From Candidatus Nanohaloarchaea archaeon (GTDB lineage Archaea; Nanohalarchaeota; Nanosalinia; Nanosalinales; Nanosalinaceae), in NCBI GenBank assembly GCA_014297435.1, contig JACOQA010000001.1, forward strand, positions 160,001 to 224,000: 64,000 nucleotides of DNA. Direction: 5' to 3'. A program made the position numbers and the translations under genes. Below the pieces are notes generated by a model that worked only from the letters and a program-made list of their open reading frames with translations, was not told where the DNA came from and searched no databases. Each line of letters begins with the position of its first letter. Position 1 is the first letter of the stretch. This document shows positions 29,154-39,321 of this stretch, piece after piece.

Positions 29154-30143
29154 ATGAGGATAAGCCATTATTTCGAATGGGAGGACAAAATTACTGGCGG
29201 TTTAAAACAGTCGGTTAAGAATCAGAGAAAGATTCTGGACAGGAGAGGAATAGATTACACGACTGAGCCTGACCTTGATGCAGACATACTACATTTGAAC
29301 AATATGGGTCCGAAATCTGTCTATTACGCTAAAAAGGCGAAGAAAAAAGGCGTGCCGGTAGTAATACACGCTCACAATCCGGCTAAAGATTTTGGAGGCA
29401 GTTTCAAATTTTCAAATCTAATTGCCGGTCCTATGCAGCATTACTTGAACTATGCTTATTCTTTAGGAGACCATTTAATCTGTCCATCTAAGCACAATAA
29501 GGAAGTCCATGAAAGAAATGGTATTGATGTTGAGAAAACAGTAGTTAGTAACGGCTTTGACTCTGAGAAACTAGAAGGGTATGAAGATCTTAGAGAAGAA
29601 TATCTAGAAAGGTATGATCTTGAGCCGCCCGTGGTATTCTGCGTTGGTCATGTGATACCGCGTAAAGGTCTTGAAGCATTTGTGGAGACTGCCAGGAATA
29701 AGCCTGAACTTGATTTTGTCTGGTTTGGCTACATAAACCCTACAGGAGACTTTATGGGCAGACTCCTTCAAACGAGAAAGACTAAAAAAATAATCAAGAA
29801 CTCTCCGGAAAACTGCACCTTCACAGGTTTCATAGAGGATGTGAGAGGAGCTTTTGCCGCTGGCGATATATTTTTCTTCCCTACAAAGGATGAAAATGAG
29901 GGGATGGCTCTACTTGAGGCTATGTCCACGGGCAAACCGCCACTAGTAAGGGATATAGAGGTATTTGATTGGCTGGAGTCAGGAGAAAATGCTTTGAAAA
30001 CAGAAAATTTCGAGAATGCTCTAGAAAAGTTAAAAGACGAGGAACTTAGAGAGAGAATAGGAACTAACGCGGAGAAAAGGTCTGAAGAGTTTAGTCTTGA
30101 CAGAATAGGCGATAAAATTGCCTCTGTTTACAACTCAGTCTGA
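29154..30143 (+). CDS. GT4 glycosyltransferase, diglycosyl-lipid synthase (alDGS/CpoA)-like
   Basis: QRKILDRRGIDYTTEP, VIHAH..KDFGGSFKFSNLIA, RKG, FVWFG, ENEGMALLEAM. Confidence 0.85.
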   Translation: MRISHYFEWEDKITGGLKQSVKNQRKILDRRGIDYTTEPDLDADILHLNNMGPKSVYYAKKAKKKGVPVVIHAHNPAKDFGGSFKFSNLIAGPMQHYLNYAYSLGDHLICPSKHNKEVHERNGIDVEKTVVSNGFDSEKLEGYEDLREEYLERYDLEPPVVFCVGHVIPRKGLEAFVETARNKPELDFVWFGYINPTGDFMGRLLQTRKTKKIIKNSPENCTFTGFIEDVRGAFAAGDIFFFPTKDENEGMALLEAMSTGKPPLVRDIEVFDWLESGENALKTENFENALEKLKDEELRERIGTNAEKRSEEFSLDRIGDKIASVYNSV

Positions 30144-31409
30144 TTTCTCTACTTGGTACCAGTCGTTTTGACCCTCAAAAATCTGTTCGAAGAACGCCTT
30201 AACAGTTACTAAACTAAATAGGGGGAACATTAACGGTGTTAGTATCCATGAGAGACCTATATTTCTTACTTCGCCATCCCGGAAGTCTTTGATTCTTATG
30301 AGAAGAGGTATTGACATAGTTCCTAGCAGAGGAGCTAGATAATTGGCTGAGGAGCCTGTGAAAAACAGAATTATGAACTTGGAAACGATTGTAAGCATTA
30401 GAAAGCTTCCAATAAGGCTTGAACCACAAATTATTACTGAAAGGAAACTTCTGTAGTTTTTTGTGTTGGTATTTCTCACGAGCTTTCCGAAAACCTGGAA
30501 GTAGCCTCTCATCCATCTTTTTCTCTGACCCCACCAGTCCTTCATGTTGTGAGCTGACTCTTCTTTCACAGGTAGACGATTCATGTCTTTGACATCAAAA
30601 CCTTGTTTGTAGCAAGTATGGGCGAAATCAAAGTCCTCGGTTAACATCTTCTCGCCGTAGCCATCGATCTCCTCGTATTTCTCTCTGGAAATCACTGTGG
30701 CTCGGCTCGCAATCATTCTAAAACCTGTAAATACATAAAGAAGCTGTCTTACTGCGTAATTAAAGACGACAGATTCATAGTAGGCTAGAGATTCGATAAC
30801 GCCGTCTTCTGGCATAGGGAGATAACGTCCTTGGACAGCATCGTGTTTATCTAGAAGTTTAACTGCTGTAGGAAGAAAGTCTTCAGGTACTTTTTGATCT
30901 GCGTCGAAGAATGCCAAAAGTTTTGAATCAGTTTTTGATACAGCATAATTTAAGGCTCCGGCTTTGGAGCTCTCACCTCTGTTTATAATGTAATCTACCC
31001 CTTCTTTCTCTGATAATTTTTCCGCCTCCTTTATTCCTTCTTTATCTTCTGGTTCGCATATTATTACGGTTTTCAGACCTTCGAGATTCGATTCTGAAAG
31101 AGATTCTACGCTTCTATGCAACACTTCGGAATCATGGTATGTCGGGATGAAAGCGGTTAGATCTGCTTCTTGAGACGTCTGCATATTTCTTGATCTGATC
31201 TTCAACCCGAAGACAGCTCCAGAGAAAATGATAAATGCTGCGAAACCTAGACTTGAGAAGGTGGCGTCCAGCATCACTAGATTGAAAGCTACCCTTGGTA
31301 TCTCTATGTAGTAGACTTCTAGACCTTGCCAGAAGCCGAAAGCGATAAGCGCCGCTGAGAGCGCTAGGAACCCTGTTCTCTCTGCCAGCTTTTCAATGTC
31401 GGGAAACAT
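30135..31409 (-). CDS. GT2 membrane glycosyltransferase (cellulose synthase-like motifs)
   Basis: KAGALN, FDAD, LTEDFD, QRKRW; TM helices at both ends. Confidence 0.9.
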   Translation of the reverse strand: MFPDIEKLAERTGFLALSAALIAFGFWQGLEVYYIEIPRVAFNLVMLDATFSSLGFAAFIIFSGAVFGLKIRSRNMQTSQEADLTAFIPTYHDSEVLHRSVESLSESNLEGLKTVIICEPEDKEGIKEAEKLSEKEGVDYIINRGESSKAGALNYAVSKTDSKLLAFFDADQKVPEDFLPTAVKLLDKHDAVQGRYLPMPEDGVIESLAYYESVVFNYAVRQLLYVFTGFRMIASRATVISREKYEEIDGYGEKMLTEDFDFAHTCYKQGFDVKDMNRLPVKEESAHNMKDWWGQRKRWMRGYFQVFGKLVRNTNTKNYRSFLSVIICGSSLIGSFLMLTIVSKFIILFFTGSSANYLAPLLGTMSIPLLIRIKDFRDGEVRNIGLSWILTPLMFPLFSLVTVKAFFEQIFEGQNDWYQVEKSD

Positions 31410-31448
31410 TACTGTTTAAAAGAAATAATGTCTTTACATTTTTTATTG

Positions 31449-32495
31449 ATGAGGATAGGGTTTTTTTCCGACAGCTACTTTCCGGAGATTGACGGCGTCA
31501 CATATACTTTGAAGAGCTGGAAAGAAGAACTTGAGAAGAGAGGTCATGATGTGACTATAGTTTATCCAGCGAATCCTGATTACGAGCCGAAGGAAAATGA
31601 AGTGCCTGTACGTTCTATACCTAACCCGTTTTACGGAGGTTACAGAATTCCTCTGCCTCAAAGAATGAAGAGCTTACCTGATTTTGATGTAGTTCACTGT
31701 CATGGACCGGCTACAGTAGGACGTATGGGGAAATTCTACGCTAAAAGAAACGATATACCGACCGTATACACCCACCATACTCCGATAGAGGACTATTTCG
31801 AGCAGAACGTGGGAAGTATAATGGCAGGGTTTCTTCAGAAGCTTTATGTGCCGGCTGAAAATCATTTTCTGAAGGATTTTGATGTGGTTACTGCATCCAC
31901 CGAGATCCACCGGGGCGTGGAAGCCGAGAAACTGCCTGTCGGGCTAGATACGGAGTTTTTCTGTCCTACTGAAGACAAAATGTTCGAGGACCTTGAAGAT
32001 CCAGTTATAGGTTATAGCGGCAGGTTGAGCCTGGAGAAAAATGTTGGACAGGTTATAGAATTTACTGAAGACTTTGAAGGCACTGTTGTGATAGTTGGTG
32101 AAGGTCCTCAGAAAGAAAGATTGGAGGATTTAGGAAACGGAAACACTGTTTTCAAAGACTTTCTTCCCCGTGAAAAACTCCCTCAATTTTATTCTTCGAT
32201 TGAAGCATATATCACAGCCTCAACAGGGGATACGCTTGGACTAGCGCCTCTAGAGGCAAACGCGTGCGGAACACCGGTTCTCGCTCCCGACGTTCATCCG
32301 TTTAATGAAACAATACAGAACGGAAATGGTGAAAGGTATGAGTTCGGAGATAGGCAGGACTTTGATCAGAAACTAAGAAAATGCCTAGACGAGAAGAGAG
32401 ATACGAGGAATGCTGTAGAAGAATACTCGCTTGAAGGAGCGGTTGAAAGATTAATAGAGATTTATAGAAGTCTCGGCATAAAGAAAAAGGTGTAA
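31449..32495 (+). CDS. GT4 glycosyltransferase, monoglycosyl-lipid synthase (alMGS/LafA)-like
   Basis: MRIGFFSDSYFPEIDGV, VYTHHT, GRLSLEKN, DTLGLAPLEANACGTPV. Confidence 0.85.
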   Translation: MRIGFFSDSYFPEIDGVTYTLKSWKEELEKRGHDVTIVYPANPDYEPKENEVPVRSIPNPFYGGYRIPLPQRMKSLPDFDVVHCHGPATVGRMGKFYAKRNDIPTVYTHHTPIEDYFEQNVGSIMAGFLQKLYVPAENHFLKDFDVVTASTEIHRGVEAEKLPVGLDTEFFCPTEDKMFEDLEDPVIGYSGRLSLEKNVGQVIEFTEDFEGTVVIVGEGPQKERLEDLGNGNTVFKDFLPREKLPQFYSSIEAYITASTGDTLGLAPLEANACGTPVLAPDVHPFNETIQNGNGERYEFGDRQDFDQKLRKCLDEKRDTRNAVEEYSLEGAVERLIEIYRSLGIKKKV

Positions 32496-32499
32496 ATCT

Positions 32500-34149
32500 G
32501 TGAGCGATAATGTAACAGCTTTTAAAACTATAATATTTCGTATTCCAGATCTTCGATTTTCTCTTGGAATGATACTTTTCTCTGCCCTTTTGTTTGCGTC
32601 CGGCTTCTATGGGTTTCTAGGCATATTTACTACTATCGATGTTGGTTTTTTCACGGTATTAGTGCCAGTTCTTTCGCTTTCCGCGGCTTCAATAGCTTCT
32701 GGAGAACTTTTTCACAATTTCCTTCCTGAATATCCGAGAAAATGGGCTTATTTTCTCTCACTCTCTAATCTAACAATATTATACCTTTATGGCTTAATGC
32801 TATTGTTTACCAACAGTTTTGAGGCAGCATGGAACGTATTTTGGCTCGGTTTGGTAACAGTATTTCTCTCCAACCTTCTGGTATTGATGTTGACACTAGG
32901 TTATCAAAGGATTGGTAGAATACTTCCTCTTAGCTTCGTCCAGCCAGTAGGCGTTCTAATACTCTTCCATTTTTTCCTGGGCGGACCGCTCAATATCACT
33001 CTTGGCTCTTATCTCCTTAACTTCGGTGTTGTTGTATTATCTGGCATTCTCCTGCTTATGGTTTTTGGACTATTCGAGTATCTACTAAGAGCGAATAGTT
33101 CCGGGATTTCAATATTGAAACTTACATCAGGGCTTTTACAGAAGAAACAGGAGGCACTGGATCTCGGATATCCGTCGAGACCGGATGTTCAGACGTTTGA
33201 GGTTGATAATGGAGAAAGTTATAAGATTGCAGCTCCTTGGGTTCATCCAGGACCTTTGGAGGGATTTGGAGGCGGAAATCTTTCATCTCATATAATCTCA
33301 AGTTTGAATAACGGCAAAAAAGGATTTTTCTTCCATGTTCCTTCGAGCCATAAATCTGATCCTGCGGACCCTAAAGACTCTGAAAAACTTCTTGAAGCCC
33401 TGAAATCGCCTGAAAAACATTCTAAGGCATCTAAAATGATAAAAAGAGAGTATGGTAATATCAAGTATTATGGAAGACGTTATGGAGATAGTAGTATAGT
33501 GTTTCTGGAGGCAGAAAAATTTGGGAAGTATGATGACTTCGATGTCTCCATATTTAATGAGTTAATAGATCCTGAGAAAACCATTGTGGTTGATCTTCAT
33601 TCTCACGATAGAAATGATTATGACGTTGAGGAGTGCTGGTACGGTACTGAGGATGCCGAAAAATTAAGAACTTCTTTCAAAGAATTTGTTGAAGAGCTTG
33701 AAGCTCAGCCTCTATATACTTACTCTGCAGGTTTCCATGTCAATGACCCAGGTTCGCCGATGACAGCTCTAGTAGAAGGAGTCGATGAACAGAAAACGCT
33801 CTTACTTGGTGTCGAAGGCAACGGCATATCTGAGAAGATGAGGGAAAAAGCTCGTCAACAACGTAAAGATTTTAACAAAGTCGTAGTATTCTCAACCGAC
33901 ACTCACGCTAGTATACATGAGATGAGTTCGGAGAAAACGCTTGAAAGAAGCGAGATAGATTCGCTTGTGGATACTGCCGATCAAAACTTGAAGGAAGCTT
34001 CGGCTGGAATTACTTCTTCCAAGGCTAAAGAGATGAAGCTTTTGAGAGAGGACTACATGAGTCTCATTTTCTCAATTAATATCCTTATACGATTGATCCC
34101 CCTATCCCTGATTCTAGTTTTCCTAGGGTTAGCGGTCTGGATGTTGTAA
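32500..34149 (+). CDS. DUF2070 family membrane protein
   Basis: multi-TM N-half, PWVHPGP..GFGGGNL, VDLHSH, STDTH, C-terminal TM; GTG start. Confidence 0.8.
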   Translation: MSDNVTAFKTIIFRIPDLRFSLGMILFSALLFASGFYGFLGIFTTIDVGFFTVLVPVLSLSAASIASGELFHNFLPEYPRKWAYFLSLSNLTILYLYGLMLLFTNSFEAAWNVFWLGLVTVFLSNLLVLMLTLGYQRIGRILPLSFVQPVGVLILFHFFLGGPLNITLGSYLLNFGVVVLSGILLLMVFGLFEYLLRANSSGISILKLTSGLLQKKQEALDLGYPSRPDVQTFEVDNGESYKIAAPWVHPGPLEGFGGGNLSSHIISSLNNGKKGFFFHVPSSHKSDPADPKDSEKLLEALKSPEKHSKASKMIKREYGNIKYYGRRYGDSSIVFLEAEKFGKYDDFDVSIFNELIDPEKTIVVDLHSHDRNDYDVEECWYGTEDAEKLRTSFKEFVEELEAQPLYTYSAGFHVNDPGSPMTALVEGVDEQKTLLLGVEGNGISEKMREKARQQRKDFNKVVVFSTDTHASIHEMSSEKTLERSEIDSLVDTADQNLKEASAGITSSKAKEMKLLREDYMSLIFSINILIRLIPLSLILVFLGLAVWML

Positions 34150-34180
34150 GCTCATAAAGATTCGTCTAACTTAGGTTAAC

Positions 34181-34495
34181 ATGGTTTCAGAGGATGATGT
34201 CAGGGAGCAATTAAAGGAAGTTATAGATCCAGAGCTAGAAGTGAACATTGTTGATCTGGGTCTTATCTATGAGATAGAGGTTGATGATGGAGATGTATTT
34301 GTTTTAATGACTTTGACAACTCCTGGCTGTCCTTTACACGGTGTTTTCGACGAGATGGTGAAGAGAGAGGTAAGAAAACTGGATGTCGAAGACGTTGAAG
34401 TTGAACTTACGTTTGAACCGCGTTGGACGCCGGATAAAATGAGTGAGGATGCTCAGGCCGATCTTGGAAATATACCGGGCATGAATAGTTTCTGA
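34181..34495 (+). CDS. sufT: DUF59 Fe-S cluster assembly factor (SufT/PaaD-like)
   Basis: VIDPELEVNIVDLGLIY, MTLTTPGCP, FEPRWTP. Confidence 0.92.
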   Translation: MVSEDDVREQLKEVIDPELEVNIVDLGLIYEIEVDDGDVFVLMTLTTPGCPLHGVFDEMVKREVRKLDVEDVEVELTFEPRWTPDKMSEDAQADLGNIPGMNSF

Positions 34496-34572
34496 AAGAA
34501 AAAGACCGGTTCCCAATGGTAATCTGGTTTCTAAAAGTAATCCATAAAAGGATGTTTCTACACAGATTAACC

Positions 34573-34920
34573 ATGAGTCAAATGCCTGTGGAATGTAAAG
34601 GCGATAACTGGTGCCCCATCACCGCAACAGCAAACCTGATAGGGAAGAAATGGCATCCTGTGATAATCCATCGTCTGATAGAGGAAGGACCCCATGGCTT
34701 CAACTCACTTAAAGAGGAAATTGGAGGTATCTCAAGCAAAGTACTTTCAGAGAGTCTTGATGATCTTCAGGAAAAGAATCTACTGGATCGAGAGGTTGTG
34801 AGCGAAAAACCTGTGAGGGTTAAGTACAAATTGACGGAAGCTGGCGAATCCCTAGAACCTGTAATTGAGGAAATGCTGGTTTGGGGACGCTCCAACCTGG
34901 TAGAATCAGATACCATATGA
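34573..34920 (+). CDS. HxlR family winged-helix regulator with N-terminal CP motif
   Basis: WCPITATANLIGKKW, GISSKVLSESL, PVRVKYKLTEAG. Confidence 0.92.
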   Translation: MSQMPVECKGDNWCPITATANLIGKKWHPVIIHRLIEEGPHGFNSLKEEIGGISSKVLSESLDDLQEKNLLDREVVSEKPVRVKYKLTEAGESLEPVIEEMLVWGRSNLVESDTI

Positions 34921-35348
34921 AACTTAAACGACTGGAGCTGCGAGAAGGCGACAAGGTATTGTTTAACGACAGAAAACAACCTCTCGAAGTCGAGAAAGTA
35001 GAAGACGATAGGGCTCTAATCAAAGGCAGTGGCGGAGGAGAATATGAGATATATGAAGCCGAAGATACAGACGAACTTCTGTTCTGTTCGAGAGGGAAGA
35101 GGCGTTACTCCTCGTACTGCAGAGAACTCAGGAAAGTAGGAGAATGGATAAGAGAAGGGGACAAATGGACTCATACCTCTGGATCTTCAGTAAGACTGGA
35201 GAAGAACGAAATGGGTTACTGGACGGTAGACTCCGAAGATATTGATATAGATCGAGAAATTGACTTGCCGAAATATGGCTATAGTGATAAAGAAGAGGCT
35301 GAGAAGGATCTAGAAAAGATAGTAGGGAAATACCCTGAAGGCTTCTAG
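34917..35348 (+). CDS. hypothetical protein, SH3-like beta N-domain
   Basis: ATGA-coupled to HxlR gene; GDKVLFNDRKQPLEV. Confidence 0.65.
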   Translation: MKLKRLELREGDKVLFNDRKQPLEVEKVEDDRALIKGSGGGEYEIYEAEDTDELLFCSRGKRRYSSYCRELRKVGEWIREGDKWTHTSGSSVRLEKNEMGYWTVDSEDIDIDREIDLPKYGYSDKEEAEKDLEKIVGKYPEGF

Positions 35349-36364
35349 AGATCCTGCCTCATGAAAGCCGCATAAGACGCTGTAAACATCAACATAGTCT
35401 GGCTTAACAGGTAAACCAGGTAACCTATAGAGGACATCAAGCTTTCTCTCATAGTCGGTTCCACGCCCTGTTGGTTATAGCTGGTTCCTAGCATGGTGCC
35501 CACATAGTTGCTGTAGCTGGTGGAAGGTGAAAGTCTTGAAACGATCTTCTTGAAGTTCTCTCTCTTCTGCTCGACCTCTTTTCGTTTCTCCTCCCTTTCA
35601 CTTGATCTGCCTATATCAACACCGGTTGACCCGGATACAGCTACATCTGAAGAGACAGCCATGCCTCTTTCTACTGGAACGCTCGGACCGCCACTGCTTG
35701 GAGGAGAGTCATCAAACGTGTAGATGTGGCTGGCAGCTATGTTAGCCAAAAAGGGTGTTGCGAGGAAAGCCAGTAAAAATGCGGCTGAAGCGAGTAGCGA
35801 TCTCCAGCTTGAACGGAAAACTGTTGAGAACAAGGTGCCTAACGCTAAGAAGAAACCTAAATATATTACAGTTCCAAACCACATGAAACAGAGCCTGGAA
35901 AGCTCCTCAACTGTAGGCAGGACGCCTGTCATAAATATTGCAAGACCTGCAGAGGTCGTGAAAGCCATCAAAGATGCAAAAGAAAGTGTAAAGATTCCTG
36001 CAACTAACTTCCCGTTAATCACCTCGTCCCTGTACACAGGATAAGAAAGTAGCAGCTCTATTGTCCCATCCTCCCTTTCCTTGGATACGGCATCATAACT
36101 AAGAAGCAAGGCAAGGAGTGCTGCAGCCAAAGGCATGTTCAACTGCATCATGGGGGCGAAAACATCAATCAAGGAGGGTTTCTCCGGCGCAGGTCCATAT
36201 ACTGAGCCTGAGCGGAAGTCCTCTAACTGCTGCTGGTAGTTGTCCACCCCTATATATACAGAACCTAGTGAGAAAACAAGGAACAGACCTAAAACCATCA
36301 AAAACTTTCTGGAAGAAAAACTATCTCTAACCTGCTTAGCACCTACATCCCATAGAGATCCCAT
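35345..36364 (-). CDS. ABC-2/NosY-type permease
   Basis: SYDAVSKEREDGTIELLLSYPVYRDEVINGK. Confidence 0.9.
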   Translation of the reverse strand: MGSLWDVGAKQVRDSFSSRKFLMVLGLFLVFSLGSVYIGVDNYQQQLEDFRSGSVYGPAPEKPSLIDVFAPMMQLNMPLAAALLALLLSYDAVSKEREDGTIELLLSYPVYRDEVINGKLVAGIFTLSFASLMAFTTSAGLAIFMTGVLPTVEELSRLCFMWFGTVIYLGFFLALGTLFSTVFRSSWRSLLASAAFLLAFLATPFLANIAASHIYTFDDSPPSSGGPSVPVERGMAVSSDVAVSGSTGVDIGRSSEREEKRKEVEQKRENFKKIVSRLSPSTSYSNYVGTMLGTSYNQQGVEPTMRESLMSSIGYLVYLLSQTMLMFTASYAAFMRQDL

Positions 36365-36366
36365 TT

Positions 36367-37272
36367 CTAGGCACCTCCGGTTAACTTAAGATAGGCTGTC
36401 TCAAGGGTTTCTTCTTCCAGATCAAACCTAGTGACGGATATATGGTTCTGATTCAGGGTGTCGAACACGTTTGATCTCTTATTCTTCTCTATTTCAAGTA
36501 TAAATGCATCTCTTTTCGATCTGTAGGTGTAATCGTTAGATTCGAGCACTTTCTCCAGCTTTTCAGAGTCTTCTGCTTCTATATGAAGGTTTATGCCTTC
36601 TCCGGTCTCCGAACTCAGCTCGGCTTTAGTGCCTGATGCAACGATTTCGCCATCGAAAAGAACGCCGAACCGGTCGCACAAAGGTTCTATCTCCGTAGTT
36701 ATATGTGAAGAGATTACAACGGTTTTTCCTTTCTCGTCATTGATCTTTTCTACATGTCTTCTGAAATTTCTCTTTCCTTCTGGGTCAAGACCGGTAGTAG
36801 GCTCGTCGTAAATTATTATCTCTGGGTCCTTAATGAGGGACTGTGCAATACCCAATCTCTTCTTCATTCCTGTAGAGAATCCTTTAACATCTCTTTCGGC
36901 GTCATCTGAAAGCCCGACAAGTTCTAGAAGATCATCTATTTCAGGATCGGTGTCTGCAAGCCCTGCAAAGAATTCCAAGTTTTGTCTGGCTGTCATCGAC
37001 TCGTAGAAGCTGATATCTGAAGGCAGATAACCTATTTTCCGCTTAATTTCTTTTCCTCTGTCGTGTTTCTCACCATCTATTCTTATTTTGCCGGCATCTT
37101 GCTTCAGAAGCCCTAAAACTGTCTGAAATAAAGTGGTTTTCCCGACACCGTTGGGTCCAAGAAGACCGAAGATCTCTCCTTTCTCTACCTCGAAGCTGAC
37201 GCCTTTAAGCACTTCATGGCTGCCATAGCTTTTCTCAACGCCCTCCAGTTCTATTGTCGCCATTTCTTTCAC
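36367..37272 (-). CDS. ABC transporter ATP-binding protein
   Basis: GPNGVGKTT, FSTGMKKR, YDEPTTGLDP, SSH. Confidence 0.95.
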   Translation of the reverse strand: MKEMATIELEGVEKSYGSHEVLKGVSFEVEKGEIFGLLGPNGVGKTTLFQTVLGLLKQDAGKIRIDGEKHDRGKEIKRKIGYLPSDISFYESMTARQNLEFFAGLADTDPEIDDLLELVGLSDDAERDVKGFSTGMKKRLGIAQSLIKDPEIIIYDEPTTGLDPEGKRNFRRHVEKINDEKGKTVVISSHITTEIEPLCDRFGVLFDGEIVASGTKAELSSETGEGINLHIEAEDSEKLEKVLESNDYTYRSKRDAFILEIEKNKRSNVFDTLNQNHISVTRFDLEEETLETAYLKLTGGA

Positions 37273-38366
37273 CTCCTCTGGAATCTCCGGTAGACAAATG
37301 CCATCAAAATAAGGCTGAAGACCATAATGCCTATACCTATCTTGCCAAGACCGCTTTTCCCTCTTATATGAATTCTTATTTGCTTAGGTTCGTCAATAGA
37401 GGTCTTATCCGAGAACGCATTAACTTCTGCGAAGTAGTCGCCTGGCTGGACGTCCTCAGGTACTTCAATAGAGACTCTAATTCGTTCGTTTCCGTACCGG
37501 GCTCTAAGATTGTCGACAACTGAAGGTCTAACCGACCCGCTCCAGGAATCAGGTGTCTCAGCCGTCACATTCACGTTATTTACTTCAGCTTCTCCCCGGC
37601 TCGTAATCCTCATATTTGCCGTTATAGTCTCTCCAGGCTCCCCAACCTTATATCTCTCCTCTACATCTAGCTCAAGCCGTCTATCTTTCTTCTCTCCTTT
37701 AACTTCGATTGTAACATTTTCTTTGGACAGAGTCTTACCTTCGGCAATGAATGTAATGTTATGGAGTCCTTTTCTAGCTCTTTCCGGTATTTCAACACGT
37801 GCGTCCAGTGATTTGGAAGTTTTAGTAGGGACGTCTAGCTCTGTAATGTTAAAATCAGTATGGCTGAATACAACGGGAAGAGTCGAATTTGCTGATAGGC
37901 TGAAGGTCTGGTTTGTGGCGCCTGTGTTCTCAAGCTCCATAGGCACCACAACGTCCTCTTCTCGTGAAGAAACCATTTTTTCAGGGGCAGAGCTCTTTAA
38001 TTTTGAACCTGAGAATATATTCCTATTAGAGTAGACAGTAGTGTTCAGGTAAAGACCTTGAGGATCGCTCTGAATGTTCTTAACATAGATTTCTAGACTA
38101 TGATCTTCAACTGGTATGTTGAAAGGTGCAGCTCCATAGATATTATCGCTTTTGATCTGTCTAAGTATTTCGACCGTTCTCTTCTTCTCGTGTTTTATCT
38201 CAAGATAGTCTTGGTTATCCTCGGAAAAACTGATTATGTAATCATCGAGTTTCTGTGTTTCGCCCGAGTGTAGCTTCATATCATGGCTATAGTCAAGATT
38301 TTGAGCGCTAACAGCAGAAACTGAGCACATTATCAGAACAACAGTTAATACGGCTTTGACCTTCAT
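37269..38366 (-). CDS. NEW3/COG1470 Ig-like surface protein with C-terminal TM
   Basis: signal peptide, ENTG, PDSW, VPEDVQPGDY, C-terminal TM then RRFQRR; operon with ABC pair. Confidence 0.8.
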   Translation of the reverse strand: MKVKAVLTVVLIMCSVSAVSAQNLDYSHDMKLHSGETQKLDDYIISFSEDNQDYLEIKHEKKRTVEILRQIKSDNIYGAAPFNIPVEDHSLEIYVKNIQSDPQGLYLNTTVYSNRNIFSGSKLKSSAPEKMVSSREEDVVVPMELENTGATNQTFSLSANSTLPVVFSHTDFNITELDVPTKTSKSLDARVEIPERARKGLHNITFIAEGKTLSKENVTIEVKGEKKDRRLELDVEERYKVGEPGETITANMRITSRGEAEVNNVNVTAETPDSWSGSVRPSVVDNLRARYGNERIRVSIEVPEDVQPGDYFAEVNAFSDKTSIDEPKQIRIHIRGKSGLGKIGIGIMVFSLILMAFVYRRFQRR

Positions 38367-38496
38367 GAAACCGATTAAAACCATCGATGCTTTTTAACTT
38401 TCTATTATCGTTCGATATAATTCGAACCAAGCTTTGTTAGAACCAGACCGAACGAAAACAGTCTATTTTAAATCCTGTCGTTTCGTATGGCGTGGT

Positions 38497-39069
38497 ATGA
38501 AAAAACAGATTTTGATCGCATTGATTACAGTTGCGCTCTTGGCTTCAGCCGGAGCAGTAGTTAGAGAGGACGGAACTAGCCCTTCAAACAATCCGGGGGA
38601 AGGTCAGATGGGCATCACATCGGGTGGTGCTGCTGCTTCAGCCACTACTTCGGTAGGACCTAACGGAACACGGTACTCGGTTTCAGTAACCCCAATCAAC
38701 CAGTCATCCAACGTAACTGAGGACAAGGTTCTAGAAGTCTCAGAGTTTCCTCAAGGTGTAAGATTCAACGGATTGGTTAAGTCGCCGACACCTTGCCACA
38801 CATTAAACCACGATGTGGAGAAGAACGGTTCGAAGATTGATCTCAGGATTTACATGGAGTCAAGTAACCAGACATGCACTCAGCAAATGGTTATGAAGAA
38901 GTACCATGCTGAGGTCGAGTCCGAAAACTACTTTGAACTGGACATCTATCACGGTGACTCAAACAAGACAATGGAAACAGTGACCTATGGAGAGAAACAG
39001 GATGAGACAGATGAGGAAACTGAAGAAGATGTAGGGCTTCTTGGATGGATTCTAGGCGTCTTCCTCTAA
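38497..39069 (+). CDS. secreted hypothetical protein
   Basis: signal peptide, SPTPCH...CTQ Cys pair, amphipathic C-terminus. Confidence 0.7.
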   Translation: MKKQILIALITVALLASAGAVVREDGTSPSNNPGEGQMGITSGGAAASATTSVGPNGTRYSVSVTPINQSSNVTEDKVLEVSEFPQGVRFNGLVKSPTPCHTLNHDVEKNGSKIDLRIYMESSNQTCTQQMVMKKYHAEVESENYFELDIYHGDSNKTMETVTYGEKQDETDEETEEDVGLLGWILGVFL

Positions 39070-39075
39070 ATTTTT

Positions 39076-39273
39076 TTATTTTTCTTTCTCTACCCTAAGC
39101 TTTTTTTCAGATTTCGAAAATAGCGCAACAGAAACTAGAGCGGAAGAACCTATAAATCCTGCACCCATCATACTGTTTCCTTTGAAGAGGTGAAAGATTC
39201 CTATAGCAACCGCTCCTTCAATGAAGAGACATGAAACTGTAAAGACAAACTCGTCAAACCATTCAGGCTTCAT
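39076..39273 (-). CDS. small 2-TM membrane protein
   Basis: 65 aa ORF filling the gap. Confidence 0.55.
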   Translation of the reverse strand: MKPEWFDEFVFTVSCLFIEGAVAIGIFHLFKGNSMMGAGFIGSSALVSVALFSKSEKKLRVEKEK

Positions 39274-39321
39274 AAAAATAAATAGGATGAAGGATTGTCT
39301 AAAAAACTTGTTTTAACGGAT

